DNA of 49,200 nucleotides from Myxococcota bacterium (GTDB lineage Bacteria; Myxococcota; XYA12-FULL-58-9; JALHOP01): NCBI GenBank assembly GCA_041288095.1, contig JBGGMJ010000181.1, positions 1 to 49,200 of the forward strand, read 5' to 3'. Shown piece by piece: positions 34,881 to 48,517 of this stretch (position 1 is its first letter; each line of letters starts with the position of its first letter). The notes under the pieces were generated by a model. It saw only the letters and a program-made list of their open reading frames with translations, ran no database searches and was not told where the DNA came from. The position numbers and the translations under genes were made by a program.

Positions 34881-35189
34881 GGGAAACTCCCTAAATTGTT
34901 TGAAAACCATGCCCGGCGGCTTTGCGGCCAACGGGCTAAACCAGAAACCAAAACCGCTGAAAAACCACGTGCCTTGCGGGCGTTAACCCCTGGGACACGA
35001 AACTTCGAATCGCGTGCCGTGCGCCGCACCATCGCGGCCACGCACTGGCGAGCCTTTGCTCGCGGCCTCGACACCAAAAGGTGGTCGAGAGGGACATCCA
35101 GACTTTACCCGCTGGGTCGTCGTGTGGCGGACTAATTAGCTGTCAATCCGTCACGCCCAAGCCACCGGCCGGGGAAGTGCGTCTACCGC

Positions 35190-35918
35190 TTACCTTTTGA
35201 AGACGAACGTCCGTTGAACGTTCAGCTCGCGGTTGATGCCCTTACTCATCTTTTGCGCTTCACCCACTGCGTGGTTACCTCTTTCGGTAACTTTCTGCAG
35301 GCCGTTGGCCAAATTGCGCTCGTTTAGGCCACCTTCTTCCACCTGCACACACCCCGCCTCACCTGCCACAACGAGGCCGGTGGCAAGGACTTTGTGGCCG
35401 AGGGGCACTTCGTCTTTGAGCTCGATGTTGAAGAGGCGCTTCACGTCCGTAGTGACGTCCTCGAGGGCGACTGGCTCGGGCGGCGCCCGCTCGGAGAGGC
35501 CTTGGAGCTTGCCCACGTCTTCTTCGATCGGCAGGAACGAGCTGCCTACGACCGCTTCGGCGAGGCTGCCGCCGGCTTCCGGGCTACGCGCGGCATCGGC
35601 AAACTGAGCGCTGGCGAGGGTCAGGTTCTCTTGGGCGCGATCGAGGCGTTCTTGCGTCCAGACGTCGGTGTCTTCGGTGCCGTCCTCGGGGATCGGGATG
35701 GGCGAGCGTGACGAATCGCCGACGTCGAAGTTGCGCTTCCTCGACGGGCCCATGCGCTGGAAGCCTGCCTGCTGCGCCACACGAGCGGCGTCTTGCGAGG
35801 CAATGCGCTTGGCGCTGGCGTCGCGGGTCTTCTGCGCCTCGACCTGCGACAGATCGGGCTTGAGGTCGGCTTTGGGGACGACGGGGGTGTTGACCTTATC
35901 GGGACCGCGCGTCGCCAT
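35190..35918 (-). CDS. Hypothetical protein immediately downstream of the SycD-like chaperone
   Basis: AAGGGG before ATG; 242 aa; no family recognised. Confidence 0.8.
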   Translation of the reverse strand: MATRGPDKVNTPVVPKADLKPDLSQVEAQKTRDASAKRIASQDAARVAQQAGFQRMGPSRKRNFDVGDSSRSPIPIPEDGTEDTDVWTQERLDRAQENLTLASAQFADAARSPEAGGSLAEAVVGSSFLPIEEDVGKLQGLSERAPPEPVALEDVTTDVKRLFNIELKDEVPLGHKVLATGLVVAGEAGCVQVEEGGLNERNLANGLQKVTERGNHAVGEAQKMSKGINRELNVQRTFVFKR

Positions 35919-35955
35919 GGAACCCCTTCGAACCGCCGTTCCTTACCAAAATACT

Positions 35956-36441
35956 CTACAGGTCGATGCCACGCACCTTCAGAAGCGTACGCGCCCGATT
36001 TACCCACTGGTTGTAGAACGGTTGATTGGTGCCGACTTCGACGGCAGTCCGCAAGTCCGTAACGCCTTCGTCAGCCATGCCAGCGCTGATCTTGGACTCG
36101 CCGCGGTAGGTGTAGCTGATGACGTCGTTCAGGTTGGTGGTGAGCGCCATGTCGTAGGCGACGATGGCTTCGTTCCACTTCTTGAGCGCCTGGTTGGCGG
36201 CCCCGGCGGCGCGCCAGTAACGGCTGACGAATGGCTTGTAGAGGGTCAGAACGCTGAAAACGTTCAGGGCCGCTTGGTACTTCCCGTAGTTGTACAGGTA
36301 GTGGCCCATCAAGAAGATGACCTCGATCTCTTTGTCGTCGAGGTTCAACAGGTCAGCGAGCGTCACTTCACCGCGCAAGAACTTCTTGGCGATGAACTCG
36401 ACGAGGCGAGCAAATGTCTCGACGACGCTATCGTTGGCCAT
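35956..36441 (-). CDS. SycD/LcrH-family (class II) type III secretion chaperone, TPR
   Basis: TLADLLNLDDKEIEVIFLMGHYLYNYGKYQAA...YWRAAGAANQALKKW; clear paralog of 23555..24064 (AYDMA, NDVxSxxYRGES). Confidence 0.85.
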   Translation of the reverse strand: MANDSVVETFARLVEFIAKKFLRGEVTLADLLNLDDKEIEVIFLMGHYLYNYGKYQAALNVFSVLTLYKPFVSRYWRAAGAANQALKKWNEAIVAYDMALTTNLNDVISYTYRGESKISAGMADEGVTDLRTAVEVGTNQPFYNQWVNRARTLLKVRGIDL

Positions 36442-36531
36442 ATGAAAACGCGGGGCACCGGCGCGAACCGCGTTGACCTTCGGCTAACACGGTCACGGTC
36501 GCATTGTCACGGGCTTCGAGCCAATCGGGGT

Positions 36532-37097
36532 TCAACGTGACGTGACGCGCACCGCGCCGGCGGCCGTGGTCGAGACGCGGCGGAAGATGTTCTGCGCCGC
36601 CGGGAGGCCGTTGTGCTTGAAGGTGACGCCGACCTCGGCGAGTTGCTCGACGTTGTTGGCCGTGGTGCGCTTCACGCTGGCGCCGGTCGAGCTGAAGATG
36701 ATCATCGGCGTCACCGCGCCGATGCCGTCGATGCCGGTGGTGAGGCCGGTCGTGTCCATGTCGACCGCGGCGCTGCTCATCGAGGCGTCGGCAAAGCGAT
36801 ACTCGGCGATTTTGATGTCGGTGCCGTCGTCGTACGTCCAGTTGGGCGTCGCGTTCATGTCCACGAAAGCGATCACCTTGTCGCTGGGGAACGAGACGAT
36901 GACGCGCTTCGAGCGCCGCACCGCTTCGGCGCGCGCGGTCGCGACCGTGGCGTAGACGCCGCGCGCCAGCTGATTGAGTCTGCTCTTGCGGAAGAAGCTT
37001 CCGCTGAAGCCGACAGCGAGGGTCGCGAGGATCCCGAGAATGGCGACGGAGATCATGACTTCGATCAGGGTGAAGCCCCGTTGCGCGCGCATGGTGT

Positions 37098-37101
<4 letters not shown>
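36532..37101 (-). CDS. fimU: Minor pilin FimU/FimT (GspH-like)
   Basis: Prepilin site RG/FTLIEVM; ARAEAVRR. Confidence 0.85.
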
Positions 37102-41702
<4,601 letters not shown>

Positions 41703-41727
41703 GTTACTTCCTTGGGCGCGTCGAGCC

Positions 41728-42267
41728 TCAGAGCGCCTGACCAGCCCCCGCCGTCACGGCGATTTCGACCAAACGTTGCGAGCCGCGCCCGTCGATGCCC
41801 AGCGCGCGCATCAAGAGTGTCTTGCCCGTGGGATCCGCCGGGTCCTTGGTGACCCATACGTGATAGCGGCCACCCCCGAAGTTCTTGTCGGCGGCCGCGC
41901 GGTTGTGAGTGACGCTCTTCCAGTCGCTGCTCGCGGGTGATGGGTCGGCCACGATCGCGGACTGTTCCTCGGCGTTGCAGTCGCTGTAGTTGGACAGGTC
42001 GTTGAACGCGTTGTTGACGATGTTCGTGAAGGTCTGGGCGGTCGCGGTATCCAGGCCGTAGGTGCGCTTCAGATAGTCGATGGACCAGGTGAGTCCGGCC
42101 TCGGCGATGGCGAGCGCCGATTGCGAGCCGCGATCGCTCGCGGCGCTGTCGACGTCGGCGTTGATGCCTTGCACCACGGCGATGCCCAGCACGGTGAGCA
42201 AGATCAGCACGGACATGCCGATGATGAGCGAGAAGCCGCGTTCGTTATGGCGGATGGTCGTCTTCAT
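41728..42267 (-). CDS. pilX: Minor pilin PilX
   Basis: ERG/FSLII lacking Glu5; ALAIAEAGL. Confidence 0.85.
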   Translation of the reverse strand: MKTTIRHNERGFSLIIGMSVLILLTVLGIAVVQGINADVDSAASDRGSQSALAIAEAGLTWSIDYLKRTYGLDTATAQTFTNIVNNAFNDLSNYSDCNAEEQSAIVADPSPASSDWKSVTHNRAAADKNFGGGRYHVWVTKDPADPTGKTLLMRALGIDGRGSQRLVEIAVTAGAGQAL

Positions 42268-43457
42268 CAGTTGGTGATCGGGAGCTGGTTGTTTCGCAGG
42301 GCAACGGTCGCGCGGTAGATCCAGTGACGGTACGCATCGGCGGGCAACGTCGAGCCCCAGAGGGCGATCGCCGAGCCGAACTGCGTCGCACCGCGGGCGT
42401 TACGGCGGACCTGGCCGCGCGTCCGGGGAATCACGGCGACCTGCACGGCCATGACGCGCATCTGATTTTCGATGGCCGACTTGCCGGTGTTGCAGTTGGC
42501 GCTGGTCAGGTCGTTGCACCAGTTCTGCCCCGTGGCAACGAGGTCGAGCACGTCGTCCGGACCGCCACTGGTCGCGGCCGCGCAGGTGCTCCCAGAGGCG
42601 ACGTGGCCGCAGTCCAGCCCATAGCGCACATGGAAGCCTTCGATGTCGTAGGCGACGGCTTGCTCCACTGGCGCGGCCAAGGTGGCTGGATCCTGTCCGC
42701 CCCGGTTGATGAGCATCATCAAGCGCGGGATCGTGGTGGCGCCGGACGACGAGTCGGGATTGGTGAGCCCGCGGTCGAGATGAAACTCGACGATCTTGGA
42801 GCGGCCAAACGCGAAACCGCTCAGCATCGAGGAGCAGTCGAAGGCTGGGTAAGGGTTGTTGCTGGGGTTGGCGTCGAAGTCGTAGGTGACGGCAGTGGGC
42901 GGCGTGCCGCTCACACCGGTGATCTTCACGACGCCGGTATAGACCTTGCCGTTGGCGCCGCCACCACTGCACTGGCCCGAGAGGATGGCGAGCTCGTTCA
43001 CGACCAGCGCCTCGCGTGGCGTGTTGACGACGACGCGGGTCGCGGTCGCACCCCACGCGGTGTCCCGGCTGAAGGTCTTGCCTGGCTCGATGCCGGCGAA
43101 GCGCACCTTGTCGCTGACCAACGTCGACGTACCGGCGTTGCTCGCGACCACGTCGTTGCAGGCGCTCTGATCGCCGATGTTGGCGGCGTAGCAGCTGCCC
43201 ACCGGCGGCAAGCCCTCCGCGGTCTCCTTGGAGACGAAGCCCCAACCGGCGTCGCGCAAGCTCTGGCGGACGATGTCGAGCGCGGCGCGAGCGTTCTGCG
43301 AGGCTTCGGCGAGCTCCATCTGGGTGCGATAGGTGTGCTGCTGCGTGATCATGACGCCGAAGACGCCGCCGATGACGATGAGGCCGATGGCGGTAGCGAC
43401 CATGAGCTCGATGAGCGTGAAGCCTCGCTCGCTTTGGCGGACGGCGTGGCGCATCAC
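42267..43457 (-). CDS. pilW: Minor pilin PilW
   Basis: ERG/FTLIELMV; QNARAALDIVRQSLRDAG; VALRN near the C-terminus. Confidence 0.88.
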   Translation of the reverse strand: MMRHAVRQSERGFTLIELMVATAIGLIVIGGVFGVMITQQHTYRTQMELAEASQNARAALDIVRQSLRDAGWGFVSKETAEGLPPVGSCYAANIGDQSACNDVVASNAGTSTLVSDKVRFAGIEPGKTFSRDTAWGATATRVVVNTPREALVVNELAILSGQCSGGGANGKVYTGVVKITGVSGTPPTAVTYDFDANPSNNPYPAFDCSSMLSGFAFGRSKIVEFHLDRGLTNPDSSSGATTIPRLMMLINRGGQDPATLAAPVEQAVAYDIEGFHVRYGLDCGHVASGSTCAAATSGGPDDVLDLVATGQNWCNDLTSANCNTGKSAIENQMRVMAVQVAVIPRTRGQVRRNARGATQFGSAIALWGSTLPADAYRHWIYRATVALRNNQLPITN

Positions 43458-43894
43458 GTGCCGCCTCGCTGACGAACGCGGCCGTTCAGGGTGACGACGC
43501 GGTTCACCGAGGGGCGCATCTCGTTCTTCCAGGTGGTCTGGACGCGAATGTCGACGTAAGTGCCGCTGACCGTGACGACGGCGGCGGTCACCTGGAAGAA
43601 CTCGTTCGACGCCGTGCTCGCGAGGTCGGTGCCGTGCTTGTCGTATTTGCGCGGGAAGCCGGGGATGCCGGTGGCTTGCAGCGTCGTGTAGTCGACGAGC
43701 GTGAGGTCATCGAGGGCGCTCGACGCCAGATTGGTCGCGAGAGAAGTCTCGGCGGCGACCTGCACACCGCGCACGGACGCGATCTGCATGGCCATGAGGC
43801 CGAGCATGCCGGTCGATAGAATCGCCAGCGTGATCATGGTCTCGACGAGGGTGAAGCCGCGCGGTCGCGGTGGAGCGGGAGGACGCACGGGCAT
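43454..43894 (-). CDS. pilV: Minor pilin PilV
   Basis: RG/FTLVETMITLAILSTGMLGLMAMQ; start uncertain by a few codons. Confidence 0.85.
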   Translation of the reverse strand: MPVRPPAPPRPRGFTLVETMITLAILSTGMLGLMAMQIASVRGVQVAAETSLATNLASSALDDLTLVDYTTLQATGIPGFPRKYDKHGTDLASTASNEFFQVTAAVVTVSGTYVDIRVQTTWKNEMRPSVNRVVTLNGRVRQRGGT

Positions 43895-43900
43895 GGGATG

Positions 43901-43916
43901 TACACGCGCCGTGCCA
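43901..43916 (-). promoter_or_regulatory. Possible sigma54 promoter of the pilV operon
   Basis: TGGCACG-GCGC-GTGTA versus TGGCACG-N4-TTGCW; -24 box perfect, -12 box degenerate. Confidence 0.35.
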
Positions 43917-44046
43917 GGCGGGAACCCGCGCGGAAATCCACAATGAAGTCGGAGGAATCGCCGCGCGGCCGGACTCTCGCGGGGTCCCACCGCTCGCTAC
44001 TTATTTCGTACCACCCCGCAAGCTTTGCGGTGAGAGGGTGTGGGCC

Positions 44047-44733
44047 TCAGCGGCGACGCAAGAAGAACGGATTGCCTGGGTGGCGGCGCAGCAAGACGTC
44101 GAGGATAACGCTATCGCGGACAAGCTCGCGCGAGTGGATGTTCTTGGTGTCGAGGCCATGGACCGGTTGGCGCGCGGGAGCGTCTGGTCGCATGTGGCTT
44201 TCGATGTCCGCGCGTACGTAGGCGTTGGCCGCGGCGCTCGTCGTATCGTCCGCGATGGCATAAACGGTGGGAGGAGCAGGAAGCGCGTAGACCACCGGCG
44301 GCGCCGGAGCGACGTCGTCGTAGTCGGTCTTGTCTTCGGCGCTATCGTCGTCGTAGTCGGTGCGACTCTCGGCGGCGGCGTCATCGTAGTCGGTGTCGTC
44401 TTCGTCGCTGTCGTCGTCGTAGTCGGTGCGGTTCTCCCCGGCGGCGTCATCATAGTCGATCGTGCTTTCGACGACCTTGGTGACGCCGGGGCTCACGCCG
44501 GCGGCGGCGAGCATGCGCAGGAGTGCGGCGCGCGGGTCTTCCTGGCCGGGAGGAGTCGCCTGAGGTGCCGGCGGTGTGTTCGTCGAGGATGGCGCGCGCG
44601 GGGACTCGCCGGCGGCTTGGCGCGCCTTCTCCGCCTCGATCTCCGCCTTGGCCTCGCTGATGGCCTTCTTGACGGCGGTGAAGACACTGCGAAGCACCCA
44701 ACCGATGACGATGATCCAGATGATCTTGCTCAT
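44047..44733 (-). CDS. Membrane-anchored protein with acidic 11-aa repeats (occupies the YqfB position of the nfeD-floA operon)
   Basis: N-terminal hydrophobic IIWIIVIGWVL; five DYDD-containing repeats. Confidence 0.75.
   Translation of the reverse strand: MSKIIWIIVIGWVLRSVFTAVKKAISEAKAEIEAEKARQAAGESPRAPSSTNTPPAPQATPPGQEDPRAALLRMLAAAGVSPGVTKVVESTIDYDDAAGENRTDYDDDSDEDDTDYDDAAAESRTDYDDDSAEDKTDYDDVAPAPPVVYALPAPPTVYAIADDTTSAAANAYVRADIESHMRPDAPARQPVHGLDTKNIHSRELVRDSVILDVLLRRHPGNPFFLRRR
44310..44462 (-). repeat. 33-bp-period intragenic repeat encoding (T/I)DYDD units
   Basis: DYDDAAGENRT DYDDDSDEDDT DYDDAAAESRT DYDDDSAEDKT DYDD; boundaries approximate. Confidence 0.8.
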
Positions 44734-44888
44734 CGGGTCTTCTTGTCCGCTTCAGCGGTCGGGGGCTCCGGCGGAGCAGGTGGCGGTCGCAGCGGCTTGC
44801 GCCGTTCGAGGGCGAACGCCAGCTCGAGACGCGCGATGAAGTCGTCGCGGTCCTGGAACAGGCGTCGCACGTCGAAGGGCTTGGGCAT
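44730..44888 (-). CDS. Small 52-aa protein (not in ORF track)
   Basis: [57 protein letters not shown] overlap with the floA stop and ATGA overlap with the next start. Confidence 0.75.
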   Translation of the reverse strand: MPKPFDVRRLFQDRDDFIARLELAFALERRKPLRPPPAPPEPPTAEADKKTR

Positions 44889-45874
44889 CAGGTCCCCGGC
44901 GTACCACCGCCGTCACCGACGCTGCGGCCGATGGAGCTGCGCATGTCGGTGTCGGCGTTGACGTTGCGCAGGTTGTAGTAGTCGAGCACGCCGAGCTTGC
45001 CGGTGCGCAGCGCTTCACTGAGGGCCAGCGGAATCTGGGCTTCGGCCTCGACGACGCGCGAGCGCATCTCGACGACGCGCGCCTTCATTTCCTGCTCGGC
45101 GGCGACCGCGAGAGCACGTCGCGACTCGGCGCGGGCCTGCGCGATCTGCTTGTCCGCTTCCGCCTGCTCGGTCTGGAGCTTGGCGCCGATGTTGGCGCCG
45201 ACATCGACGTCGGCGATGTCGATCGACAAGATCTCGAAGGCGGTGCCGGCGTCGAGCCCCTTGGCGAGCACGTTCTTGGAGATGCGGTCGGGATTCTCGA
45301 GCACCGCTTTGTGCGTCTCCGAGGAGCCGATCGTCGAGACCACGCCTTCGCCGACGCGCGCCACGACCGTCTCTTCGGTAGCGCCACCGACCAGACGCTC
45401 GAGGTTCGTGCGCACCGTGATCTTCACGAAGGCCGAGAGCTGGATGCCGTCCTTGGCCATCGCCGCGATGCGTGGCGTGGTGATGACCTTGGGAAGGACG
45501 CTCATCTGCACCGCTTCGAGGACGTTGCGGCCGGCGAGATCGATGGCAGCGGCGCGCTCGAACGGCAGCGGGATGTTGGCTTTGTCCGCCGAGATCAGCG
45601 CCTGCACCACGAGGTTGACGTTGCCGCCAGCGAGGTAGTGGGCCTCGAGCGCGTTGATGTCGATCTTGATGCCGGCTTTCAAGCAGGTGATGCGCGCGCC
45701 GACGATGACCGACGGCGGCACCTTGCGCAAACGCATGCCGACGAGGGTGCCGATGCCGACCGAGGCGCCGGAGGTGAGCGCCTGGATCCACAAGCCCACC
45801 GGCACGAAGTAGATGAACATGAAGAAGCCGATGAAGCCGCCGATGAACAATAGGACGAGAAAGATCTCTGGCAT
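44888..45874 (-). CDS. floA: Flotillin-like protein FloA (YqfA family)
   Basis: [52 protein letters not shown]. Confidence 0.95.
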   Translation of the reverse strand: MPEIFLVLLFIGGFIGFFMFIYFVPVGLWIQALTSGASVGIGTLVGMRLRKVPPSVIVGARITCLKAGIKIDINALEAHYLAGGNVNLVVQALISADKANIPLPFERAAAIDLAGRNVLEAVQMSVLPKVITTPRIAAMAKDGIQLSAFVKITVRTNLERLVGGATEETVVARVGEGVVSTIGSSETHKAVLENPDRISKNVLAKGLDAGTAFEILSIDIADVDVGANIGAKLQTEQAEADKQIAQARAESRRALAVAAEQEMKARVVEMRSRVVEAEAQIPLALSEALRTGKLGVLDYYNLRNVNADTDMRSSIGRSVGDGGGTPGT

Positions 45875-45898
45875 GTGCTGTGGGGCCTTTTTTCTCTG

Positions 45899-47293
45899 CT
45901 AGGAAACTGCTCGGACGACGACGCGATTGCCGTCGACCCTGACTACTTCGATGGGAGTGCCGCGCTCGATGAGCTCGCCGACGCTGACCACGTCGATGCG
46001 TTTACCGTCGATCTCGGCGATGCCCGCCGGCCGCAGGGGCGTCGTCGCCTGGCCGCGCTTGCCGACCAGATCGGTGGGTTGCGCCGCGACGTAGCCGGAG
46101 CTCGCGTCGGTTGCGCTCTGCAAGACGAGCTGCTTGCCGAGGCGTGTCTTGGCGAAGAACTTGGCGAACAACGCGACGGACACGCCCAGCCCGATGAGGG
46201 CGATGAAGAGCCGTAACAGCGCCGCGCGCACCATCTCTTGCAGGTAGCCGAGCGCGATCGATACGTCCCACGGGACCTTGAGCTCGACCATCGACATGAC
46301 GATGGCGATGAGCACCGCCACGATACCGGCGATACCCGCGACACCGAAGCCGGGCAGCACGACGAGCTCGACGCCCAAAAGGACGACGCCGATGACGAAG
46401 ACGACGAGCTCTTCCCAGCCGGCCAGGCTCGCGGCGTATTGTCCGCCAAAGAAGAGCGCAAAACAGACGACCGCGATGAAGCCGCCGATGCCGATGCCCG
46501 GCGTGTAGAGCTCCGCGGCCAACGCGATGGTGCCGATGGTCATGAGCAGCGAGCTCACGGTCGGATCGGTGATGAAGCGCGCGAACTTCTCCGCCCACGC
46601 GGTGTTGAGCTGAACCTTCTGCGCCTTCTCGAGGTTCAAGATCTTGAGCGCACCGGCGTAGTCGTCGACCTTGGCGTTGGCGAGGCCCAGCTCGATGGCC
46701 TTGTCGGTCGTGAGCGTCAGGAGCTTGCCCTTGGCGTCGATGCCCGGGATCTCGATGTCGGCGTCGACCATCGCTTCGGCGAGATCACCACGGCGGCCTT
46801 TGGCTTCGGCCGTGCTGCGCATCTCGGCGCGCATGTAGGAGACGACCTTTTCCTCGGTCGCGCTCACCTTGCCTTCTTCGTCGATTTGCACCGGCGTCGC
46901 CGCGCCAATGGAGGCGTTCGGCGTCATCAAGATGGTGTCGCAAGCGAGCGAGATGAGGGCGCCGGCGCTGATGGCGCGCTGGTCGATGAAGACGACCGTC
47001 GGGACCTTGCTCTTCAAGAGACGGTCGCGGATTTGCACCGCCGCGTCGATGCGCCCGCCGAAGGTCTTCAGCTGCAAGATGACGACGTCGCCATCTTTGA
47101 CGTCGGCGAAGGAGCGGTCGACGAAAGCCGCGAGCCCCGGGTCGATGGTGCCATCGATAGGGATCTCGATGATGCGCTTGCCCTCACCGCCGTTGGCGTC
47201 GAAGCCTTTGAGAGGCTTGTCGGCGGCGCCGGCGAAACGCAACGCGACGCTTACGGCCACGAGGGCAAGCCAACCGAAGGCGCGGCGTTTCAC
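45899..47293 (-). CDS. nfeD: NfeD family membrane-bound ClpP-class serine protease
   Basis: TFGGRIDAA, AISAGALISL, IGAATP, AEAMVD, TPLRPAG OB-fold; upstream of floA; GTG start inferred. Confidence 0.92.
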   Translation of the reverse strand: MKRRAFGWLALVAVSVALRFAGAADKPLKGFDANGGEGKRIIEIPIDGTIDPGLAAFVDRSFADVKDGDVVILQLKTFGGRIDAAVQIRDRLLKSKVPTVVFIDQRAISAGALISLACDTILMTPNASIGAATPVQIDEEGKVSATEEKVVSYMRAEMRSTAEAKGRRGDLAEAMVDADIEIPGIDAKGKLLTLTTDKAIELGLANAKVDDYAGALKILNLEKAQKVQLNTAWAEKFARFITDPTVSSLLMTIGTIALAAELYTPGIGIGGFIAVVCFALFFGGQYAASLAGWEELVVFVIGVVLLGVELVVLPGFGVAGIAGIVAVLIAIVMSMVELKVPWDVSIALGYLQEMVRAALLRLFIALIGLGVSVALFAKFFAKTRLGKQLVLQSATDASSGYVAAQPTDLVGKRGQATTPLRPAGIAEIDGKRIDVVSVGELIERGTPIEVVRVDGNRVVVRAVS

Positions 47294-47340
47294 GGGCGGC
47301 AACGTATCGCTACGGCCTGGCGATCGCAAACGACGCGTTT

Positions 47341-48081
47341 TCAGTCGGCGAAGGTATCGACCACGTGCACCAGCGCCCAAAGATCCTCTTCGGATATCGC
47401 GCCTTTGAGCGGAGTCATCGCGGTACCGCCGACCCCGGCGGCGAGCGTACGGTAGATGTCGGAGGGCGTCGCGCCCGCTTTGAGCGTGAGCCCCTGCGCA
47501 AGCTTCGGGGCTCTCAAGGTGCCGAAGACGCTGTCGCTGCCGGTCCCCTCATTGCCGTCGGTTGCGTGGCAGGAAGCACAGCGCGTTTTGATGAGCTCGT
47601 TGCCCTTGGCGACGGCGGCGGCGCCATCACTCCATGGGTCGGCGGTGATCGCGACGGGCGAGCCCGCCTTAGCGGACGGGTCGAGCCAGGTCGCGGAGAG
47701 CGACTTGACGTAGAGGGTGACCGCCTCGACCTCGTTGGGAGGCATCGGCAGGGCCAACATGTTGGTGCCCTTCAAGCCCTTGGTGATGATGCGCGCGTAA
47801 TCGGCATCGGGAGCGAGCTCACCGGCTTTCGTGCTCGCGAACTTGAGCACACCCAGGCGAAAGTCGCGCGGCTTGGGGTTCTGGGCGCGGCCGGTGGGGC
47901 CGTTGCCGTCGCCGAGAGCTCCGTGACAGGTGGCGCAACGGAAGGCGTAGAGCTTGGCGCCGTCGCGCAACATCTCGCCGCTCACGGTGATTCCGCCTAT
48001 CTGTTTTGGCGGACCCGGCGGTGGCGGTGGCTCGGCGGCGCAGCTAACCACACAGAGAGAGAGCAGCAACGGCCATCTCAC
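47341..48081 (-). CDS. Di-heme cytochrome c lipoprotein
   Basis: CATCH and CASCH motifs; PKPRDF; lipobox-like VSC. Confidence 0.88.
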   Translation of the reverse strand: MRWPLLLSLCVVSCAAEPPPPPGPPKQIGGITVSGEMLRDGAKLYAFRCATCHGALGDGNGPTGRAQNPKPRDFRLGVLKFASTKAGELAPDADYARIITKGLKGTNMLALPMPPNEVEAVTLYVKSLSATWLDPSAKAGSPVAITADPWSDGAAAVAKGNELIKTRCASCHATDGNEGTGSDSVFGTLRAPKLAQGLTLKAGATPSDIYRTLAAGVGGTAMTPLKGAISEEDLWALVHVVDTFAD

Positions 48082-48517
48082 TGGGGACCTCCAGCCGGGG
48101 GGCGAGATGGTAGAGCATGGCGTAAACGACGACGCCGGTGACGCTTACGTACAGCCAGATGGGAAAGCCGTAGCGTGCGAGCTTCCGGTGCTCGGCAAAC
48201 CGCGAGCGCCGCGCCAAGAACAACAAGCGCAGGACGATGGGTACGACGGCGACGGCGAGCAGCATGTGCGAGAACAGGATCGCGAGATAGACGATCTTGA
48301 CCGCGCCGACGTCGGGAAACCGGTGCGCCCCCGTCAGCGCGAAGCGCGTGAGATACCCCGCGAGAAACACCGCGCTCGCCACCACCGCGGTGATCATGCA
48401 GGCGCGGTGAGCCGCGATACGCTTACCGCGAATCGCGATGAACCCGGCGCACAGGGCCACCGTGGACGTGGCGTTCAGGACCGCGTTCGTGTGCGGCAGC
48501 AGCTCGGCGATGGTCAT
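48044..48517 (-). CDS. DUF420 family membrane protein
   Basis: NAVLNATS, HRACM, ILFSHMLLA, HRKLARYGFPIWLYVSVTGVVVYAMLY. Confidence 0.9.
   Translation of the reverse strand: MTIAELLPHTNAVLNATSTVALCAGFIAIRGKRIAAHRACMITAVVASAVFLAGYLTRFALTGAHRFPDVGAVKIVYLAILFSHMLLAVAVVPIVLRLLFLARRSRFAEHRKLARYGFPIWLYVSVTGVVVYAMLYHLAPRLEVPSEMAVAALSLCG

Noticed and set aside
34905..34935. GCCGCAAAGCCGCCGG resembling part of a c-di-GMP-I riboswitch
   Set aside because: The upstream GGCAAAC/GAAA-tetraloop stem is absent
35004..35019. CGGCACG-N4-TCGAA as a sigma54 promoter
   Set aside because: The conserved -12 GC is missing
30486..35918. Calling the chaperone neighbours classical SctE/SctB translocators
   Set aside because: None has a hydrophobic membrane-spanning segment, so that name is unsupported
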